Shown: positions 43,430 to 53,926, counted from the stretch's first letter. The stretch is DNA of 64,000 nucleotides from Candidatus Staskawiczbacteria bacterium (GCA_041661545.1 JBAZUH010000001.1:672148-736147), one strand, 5' to 3'. Program-made: numbers and translations. The notes: a model not told the origin generated them from the letters alone.

Positions 43430-45109
43430 ATGTTTGAAAATAAAACAAAAACTTTAGAATTTATTCTGGTTTCGGCATTTTTTATGCTTGCCTTGGCTGG
43501 AACTGTAAATGCCCAAACTGGGGCAGTCAATTTTTTTGTTGAAAGTAATTTTGATGTTTCGGGGCGTTCAAAAATAGAAGCAGTTTCTATAAAAACATCT
43601 TCTAACGTGTACTTTTATATAGAAAAATCTTGGTGGGATGCCCAATATCAACTTAAAAAAGATGAAATTTTAAAAAATATAGATGATTTATCTGTTGAAT
43701 TTGAAAATAATATATATCCAAATTTAACTAATGTTTTTGGCAACGAAAGAAAGCCAGGAATTGACGGTGACAATAAAATAACAGTTCTCTTCCATCCAAT
43801 GAAGGGAAGCGAAATTGGTTATTTTAGAACCAATGATGGCTATGAAAAATTGCAAGTTTCAACTTCTAACGAAAAAGAAATGGTGTATATGTCAGCAGAT
43901 CTTTTGACAAGTCCTAAATTAAAAATTGCCCTAGCTCATGAATTTGTTCATTTAATAACCTTTAATCAAAAAAATATAGCATTTAATGTAGAAGAAGATA
44001 CATGGCTAAACGAGGCAAGAGCAGATTATTCTTCTACTATTTTGGGGTATGACAATCAATTTGAGATGAGTAATTTACAATCACGAATTAAAGATTTTGT
44101 TGAAAGCTCTTCGGATTCAATTACCGAGTGGCGTGGTTCAAAATATGACTATGCTAGTGTTAGCTTATTTGTGCATTATTTAGTTGATCATTATGGAATA
44201 AAAATTTTGTCTGATTCTTTAAGATTTAAATATGTGGGAATAGAAAGCATAAACTATGCACTTGAAAAAAATGGATATAAAGAAAAATTTTCAGAAATTT
44301 TTACTAATTGGACAATTGCTCTTGCGCTTAACAATTGCTCTTTGGGCCCAAAATATTGTTATTTAGATAAAAATCTCAATGATATTAGAGTGGCACCAAA
44401 TATTAACTTTTTACCTTCTGGTAATGTTTCTTTATCTTTTATTAATACAGCAAAAGACTGGTCTATAAATTGGCAAAAGTTTATAGGCGGAAGTGGAGAT
44501 TTAAAGGTGGAATTTTTAATAAAAAATAGTTTAAAATTTACGGTTCCTTATATAATTGAAGATAAGCAAGAAGAACATACTATAAAATTTTTAACATTCA
44601 ATAATAGCGGAATTGGTACTTTTAGTATTCCAAATTTTTCTACTTATTATAAATCTTTAATAATTATTCCTGTTTTGCAAACAAGCTCTCTGGGCGTTGA
44701 TGGTACGGGACCAGTTTATTCATATAACTATATAATTTCATCAAATAAAAGGGACCTTGTAGCAGATCAGATTTTAATGCAACAACTTTTAGCTCAAATT
44801 GAATCGTTAAAAAAACAAATAGCAGATATTATAGCTCAAAGAGCAGGCGGGGGAACAACTCAGACAAATGCTTGTCAAATAACGAAAAATCTTTCTTATG
44901 GAATGTCTAATAGTAGCGATGTAAGATGCCTGCAAACATTTTTAAAAAATCAAAGTGGTATTTTTTATTCAGGTCTTGTATCAGGATATTTTGGACCGCT
45001 TACCAAGGCATCGGTAATTAAGTTTCAACAAAAATACGTTTTATCGGCAACTGGCGTTGTTGATGAACAAACAAGAATAAAAATAAACCAAATACTAAAT
45101 GCAGGATAA
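43430..45109 (+). CDS. Secreted protein with HExxH metallopeptidase-like core and C-terminal coiled segment + PG-binding domain
   Basis: Signal peptide 'AFFMLALAGTVNAQ', 'LAHEFVHLI', 'LLAQIESLKKQIADI' and 'SSDVRCLQTFLKNQ...GYFGPLTKASVIKFQ'. Confidence 0.55.
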   Translation: MFENKTKTLEFILVSAFFMLALAGTVNAQTGAVNFFVESNFDVSGRSKIEAVSIKTSSNVYFYIEKSWWDAQYQLKKDEILKNIDDLSVEFENNIYPNLTNVFGNERKPGIDGDNKITVLFHPMKGSEIGYFRTNDGYEKLQVSTSNEKEMVYMSADLLTSPKLKIALAHEFVHLITFNQKNIAFNVEEDTWLNEARADYSSTILGYDNQFEMSNLQSRIKDFVESSSDSITEWRGSKYDYASVSLFVHYLVDHYGIKILSDSLRFKYVGIESINYALEKNGYKEKFSEIFTNWTIALALNNCSLGPKYCYLDKNLNDIRVAPNINFLPSGNVSLSFINTAKDWSINWQKFIGGSGDLKVEFLIKNSLKFTVPYIIEDKQEEHTIKFLTFNNSGIGTFSIPNFSTYYKSLIIIPVLQTSSLGVDGTGPVYSYNYIISSNKRDLVADQILMQQLLAQIESLKKQIADIIAQRAGGGTTQTNACQITKNLSYGMSNSSDVRCLQTFLKNQSGIFYSGLVSGYFGPLTKASVIKFQQKYVLSATGVVDEQTRIKINQILNAG

Positions 45110-46076
45110 AATTTGGGAAAAATTAAAAAAGGATTTAATTGGGATTGAAAAAAACGTTTCTCTAAAAAATTATACTACTTATAAAATTGGCGGTCCTGCC
45201 AAATATTTTTTTGTTGCTAAAAATAAAGAAAACTTAATTAATGCAGTAAAAATAGCTAAAGCATTAAAATTGTCAGTTTTTATTATGGGCGGAGGAAGCA
45301 ATCTTTTAATTGCTGACAAAGGATTTAATGGTTTGGTTATTAAAATAGACATAACGGGAGTAGAATTTAAAGATAATAAATTGTTTGTAGGCGCAGGAGA
45401 AAAATTAGCAAAGTTATCTTATTTAACAGCAGACCAAGGACTTTCGGGTTTAGAGTGGGCCGCTGGCATACCAGGTGCTGAAATAGGGGGGTCTATTTAT
45501 GGTCATGCTCAAGCATTTGGTGACAAAATATCTGATAATATAGAAAGCGTTCAAGTTATAGATGCAAAAACTTTAAGATTTAAAAATTTTACAAAAAAAC
45601 AATGCCAATTTTCGTTGAAGAATAGTAGTTTTAAAAAGAATAGGAATTTAATAATTGTTTCTGCTGTTTTGGTATTTGGTAGTGGAGAAAAAGAAGAAAT
45701 TAGAAACAAGATTAAAGAGTTCTTAGATTATAGAAGAAGCAAGCACCCTGTAATATTTCCCTCAGCTGGCTCGGCATTTGTTAATCCAGAAAAGAAAATT
45801 ACTAATAAAAAATTATTAGAAAAATTTCCTGAGCTTAAAGAGTTCAATATTAAGGGGGTTATACCTGCGGGGTATTTAATTAATAAGTCTGGTTTGTCTG
45901 GTAAAAAAATAGGAAACGCCCAAATATCAGAAAAACATTCTAATTTTATAATTAATATTGGTGGAGCCAAAGCTAAAGATGTTTTAGCTTTAATAAATTT
46001 GGCAAAGAAAAAAGTTAAAAATAATTTTGGCATATCGCTAGAGCCAGAGGTTCAATTCGTAGGCTTTTCTAAATAA
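45099..46076 (+). CDS. murB: UDP-N-acetylenolpyruvoylglucosamine reductase
   Basis: 'LKNYTTYKIGGPAKYF', 'IMGGGSNLL', 'GLEWAAGIPG' and 'SAGSAFVNP'. Confidence 0.85.
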   Translation: MQDKIWEKLKKDLIGIEKNVSLKNYTTYKIGGPAKYFFVAKNKENLINAVKIAKALKLSVFIMGGGSNLLIADKGFNGLVIKIDITGVEFKDNKLFVGAGEKLAKLSYLTADQGLSGLEWAAGIPGAEIGGSIYGHAQAFGDKISDNIESVQVIDAKTLRFKNFTKKQCQFSLKNSSFKKNRNLIIVSAVLVFGSGEKEEIRNKIKEFLDYRRSKHPVIFPSAGSAFVNPEKKITNKKLLEKFPELKEFNIKGVIPAGYLINKSGLSGKKIGNAQISEKHSNFIINIGGAKAKDVLALINLAKKKVKNNFGISLEPEVQFVGFSK

Positions 46077-46096
46077 TGTTATAATTAAAAAAAAAT

Positions 46097-46441
46097 ATGA
46101 AAATTCTAATAAAAACTAAGAATTTAGACCGTAGTGAAACATTAGATAATTTTATAGAGAAAAAATTTGAAGGTCTTAAAAAATTTATAGACGAAGGATT
46201 ATTAACAGAAATATTGGTTGAAATAGAAAAAGAAACAAAACATCACAAAAAAGGAGAAATTTTTTTAGTAAAGTCACAAGTTATGCTTTTTGGTAAAAAT
46301 ATAATGGCCGAAGAGCGCGGAGATGACTTATTGGTAGCCGTGGGCAGGACTAGAGATGAGTTAAAATTAGAAATTGAAAAATACAAACTTAAAAAACTTG
46401 ATATAAACAGAAGAGAGGCTAGAAAATTAAAAGGAAAATAA
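46097..46441 (+). CDS. hpf: Ribosome hibernation factor (HPF/RaiA, S30AE family)
   Basis: The size and the pattern 'IKTKNLDRSETLDNFIEKKFEGLKKF ... AEERGDDLLVAV' fit the S30AE fold. Confidence 0.7.
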   Translation: MKILIKTKNLDRSETLDNFIEKKFEGLKKFIDEGLLTEILVEIEKETKHHKKGEIFLVKSQVMLFGKNIMAEERGDDLLVAVGRTRDELKLEIEKYKLKKLDINRREARKLKGK

Positions 46442-46456
46442 AGCTCAAAAATGCTA

Positions 46457-46488
46457 AACTGCCCCGATGTTGCATCGGGGCAGTTTTT
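46457..46488 (+). terminator. Rho-independent terminator after hpf
   Basis: aactgccccgatg-ttg-catcggggcagtt followed by a T-run. Confidence 0.9.
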
Positions 46489-48935
46489 CGTATAAAGTTA
46501 TATATATGTCATTTTTATCTAAAATTTTTGGAGACCCTAATGAAAAGTTTATAAAAGGCCTTCAACCAATAATCGAAAAAATAAATTCTTTTGAGTCAGA
46601 ATTTGAGAAGTTATCATCTAAGCAATTAAAAGAAAAAACTAAAGAATTTAAACAAAGATTAGCCAGCAATGAAACTTTGGACGATATTTTGCCCGAGGCT
46701 TTTGCATTGGTTAGAGAAGCTGGAAAAAGAACACTAAATCAGCGTCACTTTGATGTTCAAATGGTGGGCGGTATTGTTTTGCATCAAGGCAAAATAGCTG
46801 AAATGAAAACCGGAGAAGGCAAAACCTTGTCGGCTACTCTGCCGGCCTATTTAAACGCTCTAGAAGGCCGTGGAGTGCACGTTGTAACAGTAAACGACTA
46901 TTTGGCCAAACGTGACATGGTTTGGATGGGGCAGGTTTATGGGGCTCTAGGATTGTCTACGGGCTGTATAGTAAACGAGTCTGGGTATGTATATGACGCT
47001 GATTACAAAAATAGCGAATCTGATCAAGAAAGAGATGCAACTGGTAATTTTAAAGTAATTCAAGATTATTTAAAACCAGTATCAAGAAAAGAAGCTTATT
47101 CGGCCGATATTACATATGGAACTAATAATGAATTTGGCTTTGATTATTTAAGAGATAATATGGTTTATGAAAAAAACCAAGAAGCGCAACGCGGACATAA
47201 TTTTGTTATTGTTGACGAAGTAGATTCAATTTTAATTGATGAAGCGCGCGTTCCATTAATAATTTCTGGAGAGTCGGATGACGCAACAGAAAAATATTAT
47301 ACTTTTGCAAAAGTTGTAGCAAATTTAGAAAAGAGCTCCTCGCCTGCGCAGGTAGGAGATTATGAGCTAGATGAAAAAACAAAGTCAGTTGTTTTTACAG
47401 ACCAAGGACAAAATAAAATTGTAAAAAGTTTAGGATTTGATCCATGGTTAGACAATGATATTATTACTACCCATCAATTAGAGTCGGCGTTAAAAGCCAA
47501 AGCATTATTTTTAAAAGATAGAGATTATACCGTAAAAAATGGAGAAATTTTAATTATAGATGAATTTACAGGAAGAATTTTGCCAGGGCGCAGGTGGTCT
47601 GCTGGATTACATCAAGCAGTAGAGGCCAAAGAAGGCGTTGTTGTAAGACCAGAATCTATAACAATGGCCACAATTACTTTTCAGAATTATTTTAGAATGT
47701 ATAAAAAAATATCTGGAATGACTGGAACTGCCATAACTTCGGCCGAAGAATTTGATAAAGTTTATAAGTTAGAGGTAGTAGCAATTCCTTCGCATAGACC
47801 TACTGTTAGACAAGATTTGGCTGATAAAGTTTTTAAAACAGAAGCAGGTAAATTTACAGCTGTTATAAAAGAAATTGAAGAACTTCACAAAAAAGGACAG
47901 CCAATTTTAGTTGGAACAAGATCTGTTGAAAGAAATGAATATTTAGGAAAATTATTAGAAATAAAAGGCATTCCTCACAATATTTTAAATGCAAAGAATC
48001 ACGAAAGAGAAGGAGAAATAGTGGCTCAGGCAGGAAAAGAAGGAGCAGTTACTATTGCTACAAATATGGCTGGACGTGGAGTAGACATTATTTTAGGTGG
48101 CAATCCGCCCAGCACAGAAGAAACTCAAAAGGTTAAAGAATTTGGAGGCCTTCATGTTATTGGCACAGAAAGGCACGACGCTAGAAGAATTGATAATCAA
48201 CTTAGGGGAAGATCTGGAAGACAGGGAGATCCAGGTTCTACACAATTTTTTGTTTCGTTAGAAGACGATTTAATGAGAATTTTTGGTGGTGACAGAATAA
48301 AAGGATTGATGACTGCTTTAAAAATGCCAGAGGATGAACCAATTCAGGCAGGAGTAATATCTGGGGCCATTGAGTCGGCACAAGAAAAAATTGAAGGGTT
48401 TAATTTTGATGCTCGTCATCATTTGTTAGAGTATGATGATGTTTTAAATAAACATAGAGAAATTATTTATAAAAAAAGAAAAGAATATTTAGAGAGTTCT
48501 AATTTGAAAGAAAGGGTTTTAGAAATGTTTCAAAAAGCCGGATTATCAGAAGATGATTATAGTAAAAAAGAAAACGAAATTGGCCAAGAAAATATGAGAC
48601 AAATGGAAAAAGCTATTTCTTTAAGAATTTTAGATTTAGTTTGGCAAGAACATTTGTCTTATATGGATCATATTAGAGATTCTGTTAGGTTAAGAGCTTA
48701 TGGAGGAAGAGACCCATTAGTTGAATATAAAAATGAGGGGCACAAAGCCTTTGGTCAACTATTAGCAACTATAGATGCTAATATTGCAGAAAATATATTA
48801 AAATCAGGGGTACAAGTTAATCAAAATAATCTTCCACAATCAAAAGCTGTTGAGTCAAACAAAAAGGAAATTGGTAGAAATGATTTGTGCCCATGTGGTA
48901 GCGGTAAAAAATATAAAAAATGCCATGGAAAATAA
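46467..48935 (+). CDS. secA: Preprotein translocase ATPase SecA; true start almost certainly ATG 46506 (MSFLSKIFGDPNEK)
   Basis: 'MKTGEGKTL', 'VDEVDSILIDEA', 'GTERHDARRIDNQLRGRSGRQGDPG' and the C-terminal 'CPCGSGKKYKKCHG'. The track start lies inside the upstream terminator. Confidence 0.95.
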   Translation: MLHRGSFSYKVIYMSFLSKIFGDPNEKFIKGLQPIIEKINSFESEFEKLSSKQLKEKTKEFKQRLASNETLDDILPEAFALVREAGKRTLNQRHFDVQMVGGIVLHQGKIAEMKTGEGKTLSATLPAYLNALEGRGVHVVTVNDYLAKRDMVWMGQVYGALGLSTGCIVNESGYVYDADYKNSESDQERDATGNFKVIQDYLKPVSRKEAYSADITYGTNNEFGFDYLRDNMVYEKNQEAQRGHNFVIVDEVDSILIDEARVPLIISGESDDATEKYYTFAKVVANLEKSSSPAQVGDYELDEKTKSVVFTDQGQNKIVKSLGFDPWLDNDIITTHQLESALKAKALFLKDRDYTVKNGEILIIDEFTGRILPGRRWSAGLHQAVEAKEGVVVRPESITMATITFQNYFRMYKKISGMTGTAITSAEEFDKVYKLEVVAIPSHRPTVRQDLADKVFKTEAGKFTAVIKEIEELHKKGQPILVGTRSVERNEYLGKLLEIKGIPHNILNAKNHEREGEIVAQAGKEGAVTIATNMAGRGVDIILGGNPPSTEETQKVKEFGGLHVIGTERHDARRIDNQLRGRSGRQGDPGSTQFFVSLEDDLMRIFGGDRIKGLMTALKMPEDEPIQAGVISGAIESAQEKIEGFNFDARHHLLEYDDVLNKHREIIYKKRKEYLESSNLKERVLEMFQKAGLSEDDYSKKENEIGQENMRQMEKAISLRILDLVWQEHLSYMDHIRDSVRLRAYGGRDPLVEYKNEGHKAFGQLLATIDANIAENILKSGVQVNQNNLPQSKAVESNKKEIGRNDLCPCGSGKKYKKCHGK

Positions 48936-48997
48936 AAATAAAAATATAATTAAAAAACCCGTCAAAAGTTAAAACATTTAGGCGGGCAAGTAAAAAT

Positions 48998-49459
48998 ATG
49001 AGCGAAACAAATAAAAATCATAATGAAGAAGCGCTAATTCCTGAAAGCCTAGATAGCGAAGGGAAAAGACAAGAAGCCATAAACTTTATTAAATATATTA
49101 TACAAAATATGGCTATAAGTGGTGATAAAAATAAAGAACGTGATGTTGCTATGGGTGTTTTACAAAAGTTGGAGGCTGGGTCTATTGATCCAGAAGTAGC
49201 CGTAAAAAGAGTTTGGGATTTGGAAAAATCAATTGCTGAGGCAGGAAACAGTTTAGAAAATACTCTAGAAGTAAAAAAGAAAGAAGCTCACGATTTTGTA
49301 TTTCATATTTTCCATAAAATGGCGGTAAGGGGCGCAAATGATAGTGAATATGGTGCAGTCAGAGATGTTTTAAAAAGATTGGATAATAATGATATAACTC
49401 CAGAAGAGGCTAAAAAAATAATTTGGAATATAGAAAATGAAAAGCAAGATTGGCGATAA
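48998..49459 (+). CDS. Hypothetical helical protein built from an internal duplication
   Basis: 'EAINFIKYIIQNMAISGDKNKERDVAMGVLQKLEAGSIDPEVAVKRVWDLE' versus 'EAHDFVFHIFHKMAVRGANDSEYGAVRDVLKRLDNNDITPEEAKKIIWNIE'. Confidence 0.45.
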   Translation: MSETNKNHNEEALIPESLDSEGKRQEAINFIKYIIQNMAISGDKNKERDVAMGVLQKLEAGSIDPEVAVKRVWDLEKSIAEAGNSLENTLEVKKKEAHDFVFHIFHKMAVRGANDSEYGAVRDVLKRLDNNDITPEEAKKIIWNIENEKQDWR

Positions 49460-49469
49460 TTGTAATTAA

Positions 49470-50348
49470 ATGAAAATATTTAAAATAATAATTTTTATTT
49501 TGATTACGATGGCGTTTTTGGCTGGAGTCTATTTTAGAGATGATGTTGTAAAATTTTATAATAATTTTAATAATCAAGTTAAAAAAATTAATACAGGCAA
49601 CATAGGCTCGGTTATAAATCAAGCTTCTAAAGAACTTTTTACCCCACCACCATTATTGGTTTATAAAAAACCAAACTCGGTAATTTTATTGCAAAGCAAA
49701 ATTATTTTAGAAACTAATTTACAAAGACAGCAAAATGGCGGTTTGCCAGCCTTAAAAGAAAATAATTTGCTTAATAAGGTAGCTTTGGCAAAAGCAAATG
49801 ATATGTTTTCAAAACAATATTTTGAACATATTTCTCCTTTGGGTGTGGGGCCAGGAGAGTTGGCCCAAAAATATGGTTATGAATATATTATTGAAGGTGA
49901 AAATTTAATTTTAGGAAATTTTTCTTCAGAAAAAGAAGTTGTTCAAGCTTGGATGGATAGCCCTGGGCATAGAGAAAATATTTTAAATAATAGATATACA
50001 GAAATTGGAGTTGCAGTAATTAAAGGTATTTATAATGGTGAAACAGTTTGGATTGGAGTGCAAGAGTTTGGGTTGCCATTATCAGCTTGTAATGAGCCAG
50101 ATATAAGTATTAAAAAACAAATTGATTTGAATAATTTGCAATTAAATAATTTAGTTGCTCAGCTAGACAAAGATAGACAGCAAATTAATGATACCGATCC
50201 TAATTCAGAAATTTATGAACAAATGGTAAATGATTATAATAAATTAGTTGCAGAGTATAATTTATTAGCAGATAATACAAAATCTTTGGTTGCTACATAT
50301 AATAAATCAGTAAATAATTTTAATAATTGCGTTAGTGGCACAAGATAA
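49470..50348 (+). CDS. Membrane-anchored CAP/SCP (PR-1-like) domain protein with coiled C-terminus
   Basis: N-terminal TM helix. 'AKANDMFSKQYFEH', 'GENL' and 'VQAWMDSPGHRENILNNRYTEIGVAV'. Confidence 0.7.
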   Translation: MKIFKIIIFILITMAFLAGVYFRDDVVKFYNNFNNQVKKINTGNIGSVINQASKELFTPPPLLVYKKPNSVILLQSKIILETNLQRQQNGGLPALKENNLLNKVALAKANDMFSKQYFEHISPLGVGPGELAQKYGYEYIIEGENLILGNFSSEKEVVQAWMDSPGHRENILNNRYTEIGVAVIKGIYNGETVWIGVQEFGLPLSACNEPDISIKKQIDLNNLQLNNLVAQLDKDRQQINDTDPNSEIYEQMVNDYNKLVAEYNLLADNTKSLVATYNKSVNNFNNCVSGTR

Positions 50349-50927
50349 ATGAAAATTTTAATTGGAACAAATAATTATAATAAGTTTAATGATTATAAAA
50401 TTGTGTTCAATATTTTTGCTCCAAAATTTGAATTATTGCGTCCTAAAGATTTAAACATAGAAGATGACATAGAAGAAGCTGGCAAAACCCTTGCTGAAAA
50501 CGCAATTTTAAAAGCAAAATTCTTTGGAAAAAAATCAGGCATTATAACAATATCTGATGATACAGGATTATTTGTAGACTCGTTAAATGGTGAGCCCGGG
50601 TTGCATGCAAAAAGATGGCACAATGGCACAGAGCACGACAGATGTGTAAAGTTATTAGAAAGGCTTAAAGGAAAAGACAGAAAAGCTAAATATATATGGG
50701 GGTTTGCAGTTTATAATCCTAAAAACGATAAGGCATGGGTATTTGAGCACATAGTTGAAGGGCTAATATCAGATGAATTTAAGAATGGCGGATTTGGTTA
50801 CGATCCTATATTCAAATTAAAATTAATGGATAAATATTATTCACAACTTACAGATGTAGAGCTAGCAAAAATAGGTGGCAGAGGGGTGGCAGTTAAAGAA
50901 TTATTAAAATCAAATTTTTTAAAATGA
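50349..50927 (+). CDS. rdgB: Non-canonical purine NTP pyrophosphatase (HAM1/RdgB family)
   Basis: 'GTNNYNK', 'ENAILKA', 'SDDTGLFVDSLNGEPG' and 'GFGYDPIF'. Confidence 0.8.
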   Translation: MKILIGTNNYNKFNDYKIVFNIFAPKFELLRPKDLNIEDDIEEAGKTLAENAILKAKFFGKKSGIITISDDTGLFVDSLNGEPGLHAKRWHNGTEHDRCVKLLERLKGKDRKAKYIWGFAVYNPKNDKAWVFEHIVEGLISDEFKNGGFGYDPIFKLKLMDKYYSQLTDVELAKIGGRGVAVKELLKSNFLK

Positions 50928-51382
50928 AATTTGCAATAATAGCAGATACACATAATAATTGGGCTAATTTTGAGAAAGCAATTAAATGGATAAATAAACA
51001 AAAAATTCAGTTGATTTTGCATTGCGGAGATATTTCTAGCCAAGATACAATTGATGACGCCAAAAAATTATTTAATGGCGATATAGAGTTTGTTAAAGGA
51101 AATGCTGATTGGGAATTGAATTTGCCAGAGCAAATGGAAATTGAAGTTGAGGGAAAAGAAATTGCATTTACGCATTTTCCCGATATAGCAAAAAAATTAG
51201 CACAATCAGGAAAGTATGATTTAGTTTTTTATGGTCACACTCATAGGCCGTGGGATGAGAAAGTAAATAAAACTCACATGATAAACCCAGGTGAATTAGC
51301 TGGTCAATTTTATAAACCATCATTTGCTGTTTATGACACCGAGTCAGAAAAATTAGAATTAAAAATATTAGAAAAGCTTTAG
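50924..51382 (+). CDS. YfcE/MJ0936-type metallophosphoesterase
   Basis: 'IIADTHNN', 'HCGDI', 'GNAD' and 'YGHTHRP'. Confidence 0.75.
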   Translation: MKFAIIADTHNNWANFEKAIKWINKQKIQLILHCGDISSQDTIDDAKKLFNGDIEFVKGNADWELNLPEQMEIEVEGKEIAFTHFPDIAKKLAQSGKYDLVFYGHTHRPWDEKVNKTHMINPGELAGQFYKPSFAVYDTESEKLELKILEKL

Positions 51383-51386
51383 GGTA

Positions 51387-51414
51387 TTGATTAATTTAAT
51401 GGTTGGGGTATAAT
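51387..51414 (+). promoter_or_regulatory. secD promoter (TTGATT-16 nt-TATAAT)
   Basis: Hexamers read by eye. Confidence 0.55.
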
Positions 51415-51436
51415 AGTCATATTATATAAATTAATT

Positions 51437-52858
51437 ATGCAACAAAAATATTATATATTTATTGGGGTTATAGTCTTAGCTTTATTGGCTGGGATTTTTT
51501 CATATCCAAATTATTACAACAAGGGAGTTGATTTTTTAAATAGTAAAATGTCTTGGACGCTTCCTCATTTTATAGATAAGCCATATATCTTGGGTCTTGA
51601 TTTGCAGGGAGGAGTAAGCTTAGTTTATCAAGCAGATTTAAGTTCTGTTGATAACAAAACTACAGCCATGTCTGGTTTACGAGACGTTATAGAAAGAAGA
51701 GTAAATATGTTTGGAGTTTCAGAGCCTGTTGTTGAAATTCAAGGAACCGACAGATTGCAAGTTGAATTGCCAGGAGTTACAGATGTTGAGCAGGCTATTA
51801 AAATGATTGGAGAAACTCCATATTTAGAGTTTGACGAACAAAGAACAGAAGCAGAATCAAAACCAATTATAGATAAGATTAAAGAATTAGAAGAAGCTCA
51901 AAAAGCAGGAAAAGATATTACAACAATAAAAGATTGGGAAATAGCTTTGCAAAATCCTTATTTTAAACCAACCGAATTAACTGGAAAATATTTAACTAAG
52001 GCAGTTGTTCTTTTTGATCAAACAACTTATCAGCCACAAATACAATTACAATTTAATGACGAAGGTGCTAAAATTTTTGAAGAAATCACTGCTAGAAATA
52101 TTAAAAAACCTATAGCAATATTTTTAGATGGAGCTTCTATTATTGATACTAATGGTGACGAAAAAATTGATGCACAAGATAATTATGCTCCAATTGTGCA
52201 AGATAAAATTACCGGAGGTAGGGCCGTAATAACAGGAGATTTATCAAGTCAAACAGCAAATTCTATTGCTTTAAGATTAAACTCAGGGGCATTGCCAGTT
52301 AAAATTGGTTCTCCAATATCTCAAGATAGAGTGGGCCCTACTTTGGGAGCCTCTTCATTGCAGAAATCTTTGACAGCTGCTATATTTGGACTTTTAGCAG
52401 TAGTCATTTTTATGATAATATTTTATAGGTTGCCAGGATTATTGGCTAGTTTTGCACTTGTAATATATGTGGCAATAACACTTTCTATATTCAAACTTAT
52501 TCCAGTAACAATGACATTATCTGGTATTGGTGGTTTTATACTTTCTATAGGTATGGCTGTTGATGCTAATATCTTAATTTTTGCTAGAATGAAAGAAGAA
52601 ATAAAATTAGGCAAGGGATTAGACCAAGCCATTCAAGAGGGTTTTAAAAGAGCATGGCCGTCTATTAGAGATAGTAATATTAATTCGTTAATTGTTTGTG
52701 CAATTTTGTTTGTTGTAGCAACATCTTTTATTAAAGGATTTGCGTTTACATTAGCATTGGGCATTTTAGTAAGTTTGTTTTCAGCAATATTTATAACAAG
52801 AATTTTCTTAATGGTTTTTGTTGGCAAGTGGGCCGAAAAAGCTAAGTGGATCCTGTAA
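51437..52858 (+). CDS. secD: Protein translocase subunit SecD
   Basis: N-terminal TM helix, a large periplasmic domain ('LGLDLQGG') and a C-terminal 5-TM bundle ('GIGGFILSIGMAVDANILIFARMKEE'). Confidence 0.9.
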   Translation: MQQKYYIFIGVIVLALLAGIFSYPNYYNKGVDFLNSKMSWTLPHFIDKPYILGLDLQGGVSLVYQADLSSVDNKTTAMSGLRDVIERRVNMFGVSEPVVEIQGTDRLQVELPGVTDVEQAIKMIGETPYLEFDEQRTEAESKPIIDKIKELEEAQKAGKDITTIKDWEIALQNPYFKPTELTGKYLTKAVVLFDQTTYQPQIQLQFNDEGAKIFEEITARNIKKPIAIFLDGASIIDTNGDEKIDAQDNYAPIVQDKITGGRAVITGDLSSQTANSIALRLNSGALPVKIGSPISQDRVGPTLGASSLQKSLTAAIFGLLAVVIFMIIFYRLPGLLASFALVIYVAITLSIFKLIPVTMTLSGIGGFILSIGMAVDANILIFARMKEEIKLGKGLDQAIQEGFKRAWPSIRDSNINSLIVCAILFVVATSFIKGFAFTLALGILVSLFSAIFITRIFLMVFVGKWAEKAKWIL

Positions 52859-52860
52859 TA

Positions 52861-52945
52861 TTCGCTCGGTAAATAATTTTTTCTGCGGGGAGAGCCTCTC
52901 TACGGGGCACCCTCTCCTCTAAAAAATTATTTACCTCGCTTCAAT
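52861..52945 (+). other. Highly structured secD-secF intergenic element (15-bp perfect outer stem ggtaaataatttttt/aaaaaattatttacc, GC-rich inner stems)
   Basis: Read directly from the sequence. Homologous in flanks and architecture to 15010..15125. Confidence 0.8.
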
Positions 52946-52951
52946 TTTTTT

Positions 52952-53857
52952 ATGGAATTTAATTTTACAAAATATTCAAAAGTTTATTATATTATTTCGG
53001 GCGTCTTGATTGTTACGTCTATTGTTTTTTTGTCTATTTATGGATTAAAGTTTGGAATTGAATTTGTTGGAGGAAGTAACATGGAAATTAGTTTCCAAGA
53101 AGCTAGGCCTTTAAATGAATCTATTAACAATGCTTTAACAAGTTTTAATTTAGGACAAATAACAGTTCAACCTACAGGAGAAAAAGATGCTATTTTAAGA
53201 TTTAAAGGAGTTGATGAAAATGTTCATCAACAAATATTAGCAGAAATAAATAAATTATCGCCAGTAACAGAAAAAAGTTTTCAATATATTGGTCCATCGG
53301 TTGGCCAAGAACTAAGAAACAAAACACAACTAGCTATAGTAATAGCTTTATTGGCTATAACAATGTATATTGCATTTGCTTTTAGAAAAGTTTCTAAACC
53401 TGTTAGCTCATGGAAATACGGCATTGCTTCTTTAATAGCATTGGTTCATGATGTTTTAATACCACTAGGAGTATTTTCTTTATTAGGTCATCTTTATAAT
53501 GTTGAGATTACAATTCCAATTATTGCAGCCTTACTGACAGTTTTAGGTTTTTCGGTTCACGATACAATTGTTATTTTTGATAGAATCAGAGAAAATATTT
53601 TAAGAAGGGGAATGGGGCAGTTTGAAGAAACAGTAAATTTAAGTTTAACTCAAACATTAGGCAGGTCTGTTAGCACGGTTTTAACAGTAGAGTTTGTGCT
53701 AATTTCTCTATACTTTTTTGGAGGCCAAACCCTTAAAGATTTTGCATTAGCTTTAATTATTGGTATAACTTCGGGTGCATATTCGTCTATATTTATAGCA
53801 GGCCCTCTTTTAGTATCTTGGTACAAAAAAGGTGCTAAAAAAACAGCTAAAAGGTAA
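52952..53857 (+). CDS. secF: Protein translocase subunit SecF
   Basis: 'GIEFVGGS' and 'HDVLIPLGVFSLLG ... GFSVHDTIVIFDRIRE'. Confidence 0.9.
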   Translation: MEFNFTKYSKVYYIISGVLIVTSIVFLSIYGLKFGIEFVGGSNMEISFQEARPLNESINNALTSFNLGQITVQPTGEKDAILRFKGVDENVHQQILAEINKLSPVTEKSFQYIGPSVGQELRNKTQLAIVIALLAITMYIAFAFRKVSKPVSSWKYGIASLIALVHDVLIPLGVFSLLGHLYNVEITIPIIAALLTVLGFSVHDTIVIFDRIRENILRRGMGQFEETVNLSLTQTLGRSVSTVLTVEFVLISLYFFGGQTLKDFALALIIGITSGAYSSIFIAGPLLVSWYKKGAKKTAKR

Positions 53858-53870
53858 TTTATGTTACCTA

Positions 53871-53899
53871 TTGACATAGTTTGATTAATATGATAAACT
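53871..53899 (+). promoter_or_regulatory. Promoter (TTGACA-17 nt with extended TG-a-TAAACT)
   Basis: Perfect -35 and an extended -10. Confidence 0.55.
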
Positions 53900-53926
53900 A
53901 TTTAAATAGGGTAAATAACCAAACAA

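Noticed and set aside
46467-46505. N-terminal 13-codon extension of SecA in the ORF track
   Set aside because: It lies inside the hpf terminator hairpin. The canonical SecA N-terminus (MSFLSKIFGD) starts at 46506.
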